In this document: positions 11,069 to 23,099 of the stretch, one piece after another | Layout of the letters: every line of letters begins with the position of its first letter | How positions within the stretch are numbered: the first letter of the stretch is position 1 | Made by a program: the position numbers and the translations under genes | NCBI RefSeq assembly: GCF_001194135.2 | Contig: NC_068982.1 | Span: 93,175,492-93,239,491 of the forward strand | DNA: 64,000 nt | Reading direction: 5' to 3' | Origin: Octopus bimaculoides | Lineage: Eukaryota | Notes under the pieces: model-generated | Databases searched by the model: none | The model's input: the letters and a program-made list of their open reading frames with translations, nothing else | Told to the model about the DNA's origin: nothing

Positions 11069-11728
11069 CATACATAGATACATATATATACACATGTATT
11101 CACATATACATATATGCAAGTGTGTGTGTGTGTAGTAATAATAATAATGATAAACCATGGATGGAATTTATAAATACTTTAATGCATTGCTACGCGCGTT
11201 TCCATAAACACATGTTTCTTAAGATCATAGTCCGTATTCTTGGGATGATTATAGTACAGTCCGTAGTATCCATGGATATCGGGTAGATCATGTTCATGCG
11301 TCCATTTCTTCAGGCGATATGACATTAACGGAAGTTTAACTGATGGTTGTTTATCAATTTTGACCAATGAAAAGGTTGATTGGGGTATGTGGGTATTTCT
11401 GTGTATATTTTATGAGGAGTAGTAGAAGGTAATGAGAAGAAAGGAAGGAATGGTAGTTATAAGGAGATAGAGGTGTGTGTGGTGATGTTGGACTTATTTT
11501 GACATTTGAGTATGCAGATGTCAGGTTGGGTAGTGTAGTTATTTGATTTAACCTGAGTCACAGCAGGTGCCTCCTCAATGAATTCAGAAGTAGTCAGGTC
11601 AGCAGGTGCAGTTATTCAATTGTTAGAGTTCATTGTCTGAGTTGACAAATGATATTTTCTTGAAATGTCCCTTTAAAATGTTCTTTATATATATATATGT
11701 GCGCGTGTGCGTATGTGTATGCATATGT

Positions 11729-11941
11729 ATGTTTGTGTGTCTGTGTTTGTCCCTCCAGCGTCGCTTGACAACTGATGCTGGTACGTTTATGTTCCCGTAA
11801 CTTAGCAGTTCGGCAAATCAGACCGATAAAATAAGTATTAGGCTTACAAAGAATAAGTCCTGGGGTCGATTTGTTCGACTAAAGGCGGTGCTCCAGCAAG
11901 GCCGCAGTCAAATGACTGAAAAAAGTAAAAGAATAAAAGAA
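11729..11941 (+). mobile_element. SINE family B, 3' half
   Basis: gcttgacaactgatgctgg...aataagtcctggggtcgatttgttcgactaaaggcggtgctccagc...aaaagaataaaaga. Homologous to the minus-strand copies at 46.1 and 54.9 kb. Confidence 0.85.
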
Positions 11942-12109
11942 TATATAGATTTACGTTTATCAATTTGTGTTGCAAGATTCTTGATGTGAAATCGTGTGTT
12001 GAAACAGACATTGTTGTATTTCGGGACGGTCATTTTTTTTGCCAAATAAACACACGCACTATATATTTGTTCTTCACTCGTTTACCACTGTTCTTATTTT
12101 GTTTTAAAT

Positions 12110-13019
12110 TTCAACTCATGCCCATTGCATCTAAGTACTTTGTTCACAAGAACGCATCGATTGCGGACAACGCCAAGTTCAACATTCTTATAGCTGACTT
12201 GGTGAGAGTGATGAGGAATGTGTCTCGCATGTGCGACCCTATGGAATTGGAAAGAAACATACAACACTTCACCCACCGCATGCAGTTCTCTGGCTACAAT
12301 CAAAGGGACAGGATTAGAGTGTACAAAGGCGCCAGGACTAAGTACAAAGCCATCATAGAGAGGGATGCTAAGGGGACCTGCCCGCTGTACAGGAGTAAAT
12401 CCTGGAACAGCACGATAAGAACCAGTTATAAGATAAATAAAGTCAACACTTGGTATGACACCAAAAAATACCAGAGTGTCATGTTCATCGATGCTACTCC
12501 TGGCAGCGAACTAGCATACCTTTTTAGAAAAAGTAAGGCTAATCTACGGATTAAAGTAGTAGAGAGGCCTGGTGCCCCTATAAAATCCCTGATCTGTAGT
12601 ACCTATCCCTTTGATAAGTCCCCCTGTACGGAGTACAGTTATGTTGTATGTAGGAGGAATCCACAGGTTAACTGTAAGGTTAGGAATGTAGTGTATAGCT
12701 TACGATGTACTGAGGGACGGTGCAGAAACATGACAACTACCTACATTGGAGAGACTGCACGCAGCATAGGGGAGCGTATAGGTGGCATTGGTAAGAGCTC
12801 AAAGAAGAGAAAAGCTCGTTAGTGCTCTATCAATATACTCAGGCAGAACATGGAGGCTCAGTTAATAGCATAGAGGTTAAAGTATTATCGACGCGTAGAA
12901 CTGACACGACACTTAAACAAATAACAGAGACTACACACGTAGCAGTAAATAGACCGAGCCTCAATAGAAAACAAGAATGGAACAGTAACACCCACTACCA
13001 CACCACACAACATTACTAA
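12110..13019 (+). mobile_element. 5'-truncated Penelope-like element (RT thumb + GIY-YIG endonuclease), probably Naiad-like
   Basis: MPIASKYFVH...FNILIADLVRVMRNVS...RMQFSGY thumb region, Cys-rich linker (C..Y..VC...VNC), then NVVYSLRC...TYIGETARSIGER (GIY-YIG). After a stop/frameshift it continues to RPSLNRKQEW. Confidence 0.85.
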
Positions 13020-14105
13020 AGACAGAAAGGAAGAGAAGAGAAAAAATCGTAAATAATACACAGATACATACAGGGTAATACACACACAATAGACATATAT
13101 GCACTTACCTGTGAAACATATAAGAAATATAGATAAATAAAAAATAAATAAATATATAAATAGATAAATAAATAAATATATTTGTCACATACCTGTGATA
13201 AATATAAGAAACAGAGATAGATAAAATAAATAAATAAATCCATACAGAAGGCATGGATACAAACAATATACGAAGCGAACCCCTACACACACACACAAAA
13301 ACACACAAGAAATTTCACGGACGGCCACAACAATATGAACAACACGAATACCAACGACAGCAGCAGCAGCGGTGACAACGATGACAATAACAACAGCAAC
13401 TACCACGATGGCAACACCGTGGGAGAACACACAAACACAGAGAGATACAGGAACTGTACGAAAAATTTTCCGGGTCTTAGAACTGCAGTAGCAGAATGGG
13501 GTGAGAGGATGGGGCTGAGAGGAAAGCCATGCTGCTACTAAGAACAATGAAACACACTCAAGCATACATACACATACACACACAGGCATATACACACACA
13601 CAAACACGGACGCAAACGCATACGCACATAAGGATACACTCGCCATTTTTGTGGCTTATCAGCATCACGTATCTGAACTGAATCGGAAGCGATTTGTATC
13701 ACCAGTCTATGACTATATACAAATTGTTACATCACTGAGGTCTTCCTCATTCCCTCCGCTAATTCGTCACCCTTTAATGGATATAGATTATAGATGTTTT
13801 AGAACATCTTTCTTAACTTTTCTTTAAAAGTCGTTTATTGTTCAATCCACGTCATCTCTGATCCAGGAGACATCTGATTAAGATAGACTTTATCGGCCAC
13901 CCGGTTTAATACTGTCATCTGGTCTTTAGGTTCCTTTGGTAGAATTCACTCTGTTGTAAGCGTTCGAGCCTGATGTCAGCTTTAAAAATAATTTCCTAGT
14001 TTTCTCTACCAGTATTTAGTTCCATTTTAAGACCCATATTGGAGTCAACTTTGCTTTCACCTTTCACACATCAATAAAAATAAATACCAATATTAAAATC
14101 GAGGT

Positions 14106-14539
14106 AAGGCAGCGAGCTAGCAGAGTTATTACCGAGCCGGAAAAATTGTTTAGCGTCATTTCTTCCGACTTGTTCTGAGATCAAATACTGCAGGGTCGAC
14201 ATTGACTTTCATCCTTTCAAGGTCGATAAAATAAGTACCAGTTGAAGACTGGGATAGATGTAATCGATTTACCCCCTCCACCGAAACTGCTGGCCTTGTG
14301 CCAAAATTTGAAATCAATGTAAAAACTGTGTTAAGGCGGTGAACTGGCAGAAGCGTTAGCACACCGGGCAACATGCTTAGTGGCGTTTCGTCAGTTTTCA
14401 TGTTCTGTGTTCAAATTCCACTGAGGTCGGCTTTACCTTTCATCCTTTCGGAGTCGATAAAATTAAGTACAAGTTAAATACTTGGGTCAATGTAATCGAC
14501 TTACCACCTCTCCTGAAATTACAGAACTTTGAAATCAGT
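14106..14539 (+). mobile_element. Two tandem SINE family A copies (14106-14319, 14334-14539)
   Basis: Both have the ggc(a/g)g.ga(g/a)ct.gcaga head, B-box and tttcatcctt..gtcgataaaat.agtac core. Confidence 0.85.
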
Positions 14540-15578
14540 ATCAAAACCAAAGTAGAGTCAATTGATGATACTTTTACCTTTCAAATTTGTAACTATTTAA
14601 ACATACAAAAACGTTTCGTTTTTGTTTGTATATTTAAGATTACATTATCCATCATAACTCGATAAAATTTGATAAAAAAAATATTCTTGGGAAACAATGT
14701 TGATAAGACGCATTTTGTAGAGAAACAAAACCAGGAAGGCGGGGAATTAACCAAAGCTACTCACACTCACACACGCCCACTCACTAACACACAAAACACA
14801 TTCGCACACACATACATACCAAAAAATTACTACTCCTCTGACATAATCTTAATATCTAAACTGGAAATTTTTATCAAAAAAGTTTCCAAGGAAATTATAG
14901 GGAATCAAAGTCGTGGGAGGTGGGGCACATTCCTGTATAAGTGCATTTTGTATTAAGACTGATTTTCCTTTATTAAGATGTATGGGTATGATTTGAGAAA
15001 AACTTGGCTGTTGTTTCTAGCTACACAAGTGACTATATAAAAGTTACATAAATCACTCATTATACCAGGCCCAATACAGTATGGATTTTATTCTCATCTT
15101 ATATTATTTACTACTAATATTCTTCAAAACGGCATGGGTATCGATTTCTGGTAGGAATTATCGAAAAGCATTTTGTGAAAGATCATCTTCAGAAAGCCGT
15201 AGAGTCAAATTTGAACTATCATCGTAAAGAAACGAAATTGGTTACGGCATTGTAGCCGTTTTTGCCAATATACAGTTGATTTCTCTTCTAGAAGTTTTGC
15301 GTAACATTTTAATCGCAGATTGGATCTGAGCCCCTTTAAGTAATTCTGCTTATGAATCAGTGTAAAGAACACACACTTTAAATTTGTTTAACATAAGCAA
15401 TTCTTTCACTGCTCATATGTCTTGAATAAAACATTCTTATCATATGGTTCTACATTTCAGTACAACTGCACCTGAAGAGGCTTGCAAATATATATATACA
15501 TACATTTATATATGTGTATATGTCTGGCCGTTTGCGAATAATTATAACAAGCTGCTTGGACACAACTTTCTTATATTG

Positions 15579-15807
15579 GTTTCTAATTTAAGTACAACAC
15601 CAGCAATTTTGAAGAAGGGGAATCTCGATTACATCAACTCCAGTACTTGGCTACTCTCTATTTTAACGACCCGGAGGGATAAAAAGGCATATTTGACATT
15701 GACTGGATTTGAACTCAGAACGTAAAAAAAATAAAAAATAATAAAAACTGAAAAATATACCGCAAGACTTGTTTTCACCCTCTGCTCTCACAATTCTGCC
15801 ACTCTCC
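15579..15807 (-). mobile_element. SINE family A
   Basis: Reverse complement of the core, and atttgaactcagaacgtaa B-box region. Confidence 0.75.
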
Positions 15808-16109
15808 TTACCCCTACATTATATTTGTATAATAATGGTTTTTGCGTCAATAGGTTTGATCAAGTCCCACTCTCTCGTATTTATGTAAATATTAAACGAA
15901 TGTTGAAATTGTCTATTAACACGTCCCACAAATATTATCCTCTTATTTTTTTTTCCAGTCGTATGATAGTGTTTTCGATGTTTTTATTTGCTGTGCACTT
16001 CTTTTATTTGTTCAAATCTTGCAGGAAATTAAAACTAATTGAGAAATTATTTTTATAAATGTCTTGGGCATTTCTTCCGACTCATTTCATTCTGCGTTCA
16101 ATTCTCACA

Positions 16110-16455
16110 AAGATCAGCCTGGCTTTCCAGTTTTCCGTGATCGATAAAATGAGCACCTGGCAAGTACTGGAGTCGATGTAATCGACTACTCCTCCCCAAA
16201 ACTATTGGTCTTTTACCTATACTAGCAGCCACTGGCAAAATCGTCTGAAGCTGGCAGAATTGCCTGATTGTCGACAAAATGCTTTACGGTATCTGAGCAT
16301 ATTTTTTTAAAGTTCTGAGTTCAAATCCCGCAGAAGTCAATTTCGCCTTTTATCCCAAGAGTCGATAAAGTAAAGCACTAGCCAAGTACAGGGTTAATGG
16401 AATCGATTAACTGTACCCGTAAGATTGTTGACTTAGTCCCAAAATCAGAAACCAT
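16110..16455 (+). mobile_element. Two degraded SINE family A copies
   Basis: gtcgatgtaatcgact core; gctggcagaat head; gagttcaaatcc B-box. Confidence 0.7.
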
Positions 16456-16467
16456 TGCTATAATTAT

Positions 16468-17262
16468 GCGGATTACGTCACAATAATGTTGTCGGACAGT
16501 ACGGAGGTGCAAGTAGTCGACTCCATTCTAAAGGAATACGAGGCGATGATAGGCAAAGATAAATCCGGAGAATTTGTTGGACTTGCAGTTTGGTACCAGG
16601 AGAAGCAAATCTATTCCATCAAACAACATAATAAGTCGATGAAGCGATTCACCGATTGAAAGGCTTGGGGTCTGGTTTGCTCCAAACCTCTAGATGGACA
16701 GGAACTGGGACGAGATTACGAGCAGATTGATTGCCTCATCAACAGCTTTTAACAAGATGTGGTAGGCAGTGTTCCTGTATCTGTTGGCTAGGCGAAAGAG
16801 GTTCTAAAATGGACGTGGCTGAAACGATTGAAGACAGACATTGTCCTCATTTTCCACGACTTTTTAAAGTTCCACTTTGAAAGGAAGATGTGAGTGGAGA
16901 GGAAGAGCTCTCACCCAGCGAGTTTGTCAAAAAATGGGTGAGTGAACATAAATAGTTAGGTTGAGTGGACCTAGTCTAAACATGAGCCTGTTGATCGGGG
17001 AACAACAGATGAGTGAGGGCTGATGCACTTGGTCGTCAAGATGATACTGGCTCTGTAAGGTTCCTTGATTGGTCTCAGTCGGAGGTTACCCTGTATCAGG
17101 AGGATCGCACCATTCATGAATTCTCGTACTTTGTATACTATGTATACTTTTTAATTCACTTTCCCTTTCTCACACTGTCTTCCCTTCATCTTTTTATGTA
17201 AGCCACACACTAACTGTAATGTCGTCCTCATCCAATGTCTCAGTAGCATCTAAAAGATATTA
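16468..17262 (+). mobile_element. L1/Tx1-clade LINE ORF2 3' relic with 3' UTR
   Basis: ADYVTIMLSDSTEVQVVDSILKEYEAMIG (decayed YADD region), LGVWFAPNL*MDRNWDEITSR, DFLKFHFERKM. Internally deleted. Confidence 0.7.
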
Positions 17263-17273
17263 CTATTATTATT

Positions 17274-17705
17274 AGCGCCGAGCGAAATGCTTAGCGGTAT
17301 TTCGTCCGAATTTTACATTCTGAGTTCAAATTCCGCCTATATCGACTTTGTCTTTCAACCCTCCGGGTTCGATAAAATAAGTATCAGTTGAGCACTAGGG
17401 TCGATGTAATCGATTGATCCTCTCCCCCGAAATTGCTATACTTGCGGCAAAATTTGAAACCATTATTATTATTATTATTATTATTATTACTACCAGTACC
17501 AAAGTGGTGAGCTGGCAGAATCGTTAGCACGCTGGATGAAAGGCTTAACGGTATTTCATCCGTCTTTACGTTCTGAGTTCAAATTCCGCCGAGGTCACAT
17601 TTTCTTTCCATCCTTTCGGGGTCGATAAACACTGGGGTCGATGTAATCGACTAGTCCCCTCCATACAAATTTCAGGCCTTGTACCTATAGTAGAAAGGAT
17701 TATTA
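17274..17705 (+). mobile_element. Two tandem SINE family A copies separated by (ATT)n (17274-17470, 17503-17705)
   Basis: Head, B-box and core visible in both; the first copy is head-truncated. Confidence 0.85.
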
Positions 17706-17707
17706 TT

Positions 17708-18178
17708 GTTTTGTTTTACTTCTCAGAACATTCAGTATTGTTTGTTCTGGTAGATTCTGTGAGAGCGGACAGCAACCTGTCGTCAGAGGTCTCACAGGGT
17801 CTCTTTCTGCACATTATAAGCTTTGATACTTGGTTGTTAATTATCGTGGAAGGCATTCAACATCCAAGTACCAACCTCAAAATCCTAGCTGTCCCCAGCA
17901 GAGCAGTGTTTTGGGCTTGCTCTGCTCTTATGTCAATTCCGATTTCTTTGACATATTTCTCAAACTTGGTTGTTAGTGCTCCGAGTGCCCCTACAACTCC
18001 TGGGATGACAGACACTCTCCTCATAGTCCACATTCTTGCAGTTTCATCTTTTAGTAGTCTGTACTTTTCAATCTGTTCCAGTTCTTTGTCACTTATGCGT
18101 GCATCTCCAGGTATTGCAATATCTATGATCTTGGCTTCCTTTTCTTTTCTTTTATCTACCACAACAACATCTGGTCTT
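17708..18178 (-). mobile_element. 5'-truncated RLE non-LTR retrotransposon (R4/Dong-like), endonuclease end + 3' UTR
   Basis: RPDVVVVDKRKEKEAKIIDIAIPGD...KYRLLK...VVGALG...LLGTARILRLVL. Flanked by ATT/AAT tracts on both sides. Confidence 0.9.
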
Positions 18179-18196
18179 ATTATTGTTATTATTATT

Positions 18197-21100
18197 TGAT
18201 GAAAACCCTCAGCTTATTTTGCTGGATACGATGGAAAGTGTCAGCTATCCACAGCTAGCAGACTGAAGTGATACTTGTTTATTGGTCGTGCTTCAAGAAC
18301 CCGGCGAAGAATTCTTGCAGTTCCAACTGTTGATTTTGTAGGTGTTCTATCTTTACATTTGTACCAATCTTTCTTAGCCATGCTGGTAGTTGAGTGCTGA
18401 TACTTCTAAGTGCGCCAATTATTATTGGTATCACATCTACTCTCGTCATTGACCACAACCTTCGTATTTCCACTTCAAATCGTCGTAGTTGTTCAGTTTT
18501 TCTTTTTTTTTTCTCTTTGATTCTGTTTTCACCAGAACATACAATGTCGATTATCATGCAAGTTCTTCCTTTTTTATTCACCACAACAATGTCCAGTTTC
18601 CGATGACTCTTCAGGTGATCGCACTGAATCATTGCATCCCACAGGATTTTGTAATTCTCATTTTAGGTGACTCCTTCTGGGGTTTATTTACACCACGTCT
18701 TTGCTGTTTGTAAGCCACAGAGTTCCCAATAGATTATTCTTGCCACATTGTCATGTCGTCATTTGGCGTTGTGCCAATTTTGAGCATTTGCTAATGATGT
18801 GCCATACTGCTTTACTCCTCTCAGCACACATTCTGCATTTGTCGTTGTCGGTAGTGTTGTCAATTCTACATTTCACATAATCCTTAACACTTGATCTTGT
18901 GCTGCGCATATAAGTGCTTCTGTCTCTATCTTTAGGTCACTTCTCATCTATAACCATCGGTTTTCTGTATCTGTCTTGGCATTCGTATCTCTTGCAAACT
19001 GACCATGCATTTTTTTCTCCTTCCATGCTGTTTCTTCTTTTGTGTTCTTTTCCTCTTTAAGTTTTTCTTTCTTTACACAATTATCAATTTTGATGACTCT
19101 GAACTTCTTCACATGTTTCAACAATGGTTCCACGGCATTTTTAAAATACCATCCTAAATTGTTTTCCTCTGCTTCGACACAATCCTGGCAATTGATCAAA
19201 CCTCTCCCGCACTTTCTTGTGGACAAGTACAGCCTATCGGTATCACTTTTAGAGAGGAAGGTTCCGTGCACTATCAATATTTTCCTTGTCTTTGTATCTA
19301 TGCTCAGTTCTTTCTTTTGCCAGTTTGTGTTTCCAGCTCCATGCGGACGTGATGCAATTGCCCATGTATTAACTACTTGGATCTTATTCCATCCGGTTAA
19401 TTTTGAGAGCAACACCAATCTTAGTCTTCAGAAATATTCTATCCTCAGTTGCTTCATTTCCTTCTCCCTGATTTCGTTGAACTCTAGTATGCCAAAGTAT
19501 TTGTAGCCTTCCTTTTCAGTTCGTTTAATCATTTCTTTATTAGGTAAGTCTATCTATGCTAGGGACTATAGCTTACCTCTTTTCTGGTACATTATACCAC
19601 ACTTCTTGAGTCCGAATTCTATTCTATAATTAGCACTAAGACAGTGGACCGTGTTCACCAAGGAACTTACTTGTGTCTCAACCTTGCCATACAACTTCAA
19701 ATCATTCATGAAGAAGAGATGGCTGATTGTTTGAGATTTTCTCTTTAGATGATATCCCAGGTTCATTTTCCTAAGTAGCTAGGTCAGAGAGATCATGCAG
19801 AAAACAAAAAGCAACGAAGATAAGCTATCGCCTTGGAAAATTACTCTTCTGATGCTCAGGGCGCCCAAGTAGGACGTAAACTCAGTTTTCCATCTCACAA
19901 TACTTCTCTTCAGAAAACATGTTACATTCCTCGCAATTCCAAACAAATCTAAGCACGCGTTGATCCACGAATGTGGAATCATATCATAAGCTTTGCGATA
20001 GTCAATCCAGGCCATTCCAAATTTGTCCTTCGTTTACAATCTTGCATTACCATTTTGTCTATCAGTAACTGGTCTTTGGTACCTCTCCATCACCTCCTAC
20101 AACCTTTTTGTTCCATCAGTAATATATCGTTCTCACCAAGAAATTTATACAGTTCTTCTGCAATTCCTACTGACAGTAACTTCCTTATTAATGGGAGGCA
20201 AGAAATTGGCCTGTAATTGTCGGCAGCATTTCCTTTTGATGCATCCCTCAGACACAACATTGTTCATCCTGTTGTCAACCAACCCGGGATTTCTTCTGCT
20301 CCATCAATCATTGCATTAAATTGCTCTGCAATCAATTTATGGCATCTACTGAAATTTTTTTTACCCCAAATCCCTGTACACTACCAGGTCCTGCTGCTTT
20401 CCAATCGCTTATCTTTTCACTTATATTTCTTATAATGTCTTCCGTGAAATGGATAGCCTCTTGTTGGGGATAAGAAGCTGTTTATTTCAGGTTGCAAAGC
20501 CATTCAGCTTCAATATTATGCTGTTCTTGCTTACTCCATATCTAACCCCAAACTGTCGACTTTATGAGCATCAGGAATTAATCCTTCACATTCCATATCA
20601 TCATTGATTTATTGATAAAAATCGTTTTTGGTCAATTCTAAACAATTGGTCTTACTGGTATTGCTTAATCCGTTGTACAAACCTAGTTAGCTTTGCTTTT
20701 TTGGCAAGTATGTGCTGCTTCTGTTTTTCAATTACATCATTCCGGCCTTTTGTATCTACATCATACTTCTTCAATTTTTCAAATTTGCGATCATTCTTCA
20801 AATCTCCTTTTCTTTTCCTGATAAGTATTGACACTACACTGTTCAGGGAGTTTGTATCTTCTGAAATTCTCCTTTTCTTCTTCTATCAACCGATGTTCTG
20901 TTCTCAGTAGTTCTCAAATCCCATCCTTTCTGCCACAATCCTGCTTGCAGCCTAAATGAGTTTATTTGTTTGTGTGATGTTCTTTATTTCAATGTGTTTC
21001 AATACAGTATTGACTTGACTTATCTTTTGATTTAGTCACCATTGGTTAGCCTTCTTAAAGTCGCATATAAATTCTGTATCTTCTGTATTTAACACATCAA

Positions 21101-21690
21101 AAATCCTATTTATTTTATTTGGTTTCCATTGTTTAAATAGTCACTGATCTCGATTCTTTCACGATTCATGGTAGTACATTCTTGCGAACAATTATCCATC
21201 TCTTCCACTATATCATTTTAGTTTCTCATATTCCCAGCATCACCTGACATCTTTGTTTTAATAGCTTGTAACTCCAATTCTGTCAACCATCCATTCTTCC
21301 GTATTGCTCTTGTTTGGTCACATAATCTCTGTTCAGTAATTTTAAACAGATCCATTGCCTTTTATTCTCTGTGCATTCGTTTTCTGTACCCTCTGACTGG
21401 CACGCCATTTGCATCCACTGGGATGCTCCAGTAATAACCATCATGTTTACTCCATAACCATCATGTTTACTCCATAACCATCATGTTTACTCCATAACCA
21501 TCATGTTTACTTGTGTACTCCCCTTATTTCTCGCAGCATGGCTAGCAGTGGCTGGATTACGACCGGGCCCACCCTGCTGCACAGTGGGATACCTGCCGGG
21601 TGCAGCACCTTCACCATTGGTTCCAGTCCCGTTCACACCGTTATCGTTAGCTATTTTGCTGGGCATTTTCACTCATTGTTCTTATTCATA
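18197..21690 (-). mobile_element. Near full-length, decayed RLE non-LTR retrotransposon (R4/Dong-like)
   Basis: N-terminal domain (VNMMVME...GYRKRMH...TEQRLCDQ), RT (WIDYRKAYDMIPHSW; IFQGDSLS; SHLFFMNDLKLY), CCHC finger (CRMCAERSKAVWHIISKC), RLE (RKLDIVVV...IIDIVC...IIGAL). Many stops and frameshifts. 3' end runs into (AAT)n. Confidence 0.9.
21434..21511. repeat. 20-bp tandem repeat, about 3.9 copies, inside the LINE ORF
   Basis: ataaccatcatgtttactcc x3 + ataaccatcatgtttact. Confidence 0.95.
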
Positions 21691-22325
21691 GTTGAGGAAA
21701 TACGTAACTTCCTTTTTTACGTCCAAAAGAATTAAGTACGTCTCGGAAAACATGTATAAAAATCTTCTGTGTGAGAATGTCGTCATAATGTTTGAAGATG
21801 ATAGTATTACTACTTTTCTGGAACGTCTCACTTTATCGGCAATCTGTCAATATAGTCAATATCTTTATAAAAAGTAGACTGTTGGACACTTTCATTTACT
21901 GCCGTAATGTTTTTACATCAACAGTTTTATTATAAACAGTAGATTTATTAGTATTGTATTGCCAGGCTCGCTAGTATGTCAGACAAATGCCTTACGTTGC
22001 TTAGTTGCGTTCCTTTATGTTCTGCACTCAAATCCTGCTGAGATTAACTTTGCCTGTCATCGTCCTGGGGTTGAAAGTTGGAGAAACCCCTACAAAATTA
22101 ACTGAAATTACATGAACAAGAAAAAAAAAAACTTTGACAACACTACTTCAGCACAGGTCGAAAATGTATAAAGGATATGTAGAATTTCACATGACACATT
22201 AAGAAAGGAAGGAAATCTGGGAAGTCGATAGTCCTACGCTTCAATGAAAAGAGGGCTTGAAAAATTACCCCCAAATACGCGCTCCTTTGAGGAATATTCA
22301 CTACTGACAATATTAAAACATTGGT

Positions 22326-22411
22326 TTCTAAATTTTGACATAAGGCCAGCAATTATGGCGGAGGAAGTCGATTACATTGACCCCAGTACTCAACTGGTAC
22401 TTATTTTATCG
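22326..22411 (-). mobile_element. SINE family A 3' fragment
   Basis: gtcgattacattgaccccagtactcaactggtacttattttatcga abutting (AAT)n. Confidence 0.75.
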
Positions 22412-22416
22412 AAATC

Positions 22417-22454
<38 letters not shown>

Positions 22455-22484
22455 TAATAATAATAATGATAATAATAATAACAT

Positions 22485-23039
22485 CCCCTGATGCAGTACC
22501 AGGCAGTGGCTCTCATTGCTTCTCATCTTGACTGAGTGGAAGTGTTATCATGTACATTGTTTTGTCTTGGTATAAAAGATGGGCTGCAGCAAATATTCTG
22601 CTCAGTATCACAGGTTTGCTTGTCAGTTGTTTGGCCATAACCAGTTGAGCACGTCCTTTAGTGGCTGACGATATGTTGTATCTCTGATCACGAGCAGAAG
22701 TAGTTGGGGAGCATCATAGCCATGTGTTGAGAGGAATTCTTTGGGATTTGGATCGTTCACCTTTGGAAACATGGGTGTTTCGTTCAACATCCTTAAACAA
22801 CCCTTATTCAGGGCCATTTTGAGCGGGATGGGCTACTTGACCTGAAGAAAATTCTAACTGGGCTCCACCTACAAGGTTATGCGCTGTTTATCTTGATATG
22901 AGATCATCATGTCACACACATATGGTTGTGATGCATATGCTTGGTGTACCCTTATCAAACGGGTAGTCATGATGGGTATACTGGGCTTCATATATTTTAC
23001 CCCAATGTCACTTTATTGGCATGCACTGCTCTCTCTCAC

Positions 23040-23040
<1 letters not shown>
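22485..23040. mobile_element. Non-coding, about 550-bp interspersed element (family C) bounded by (TAA)n
   Basis: cccctgatgcagtaccaggcagtggc ... gcatgcactgctctctcact. Collinear homologues at 62788-63320 and 63395-63780. Confidence 0.85.

Positions 23041-23096
<56 letters not shown>

Positions 23097-23099
<3 letters not shown>

Noticed and set aside
11965-12110. N-terminal extension of the 285-aa ORF
   Set aside because: Low-complexity AT-rich sequence upstream of the Penelope-like homology; a chance open frame.
21434-21511. CRISPR-like array
   Set aside because: Contiguous units with no spacers, in a eukaryotic context.
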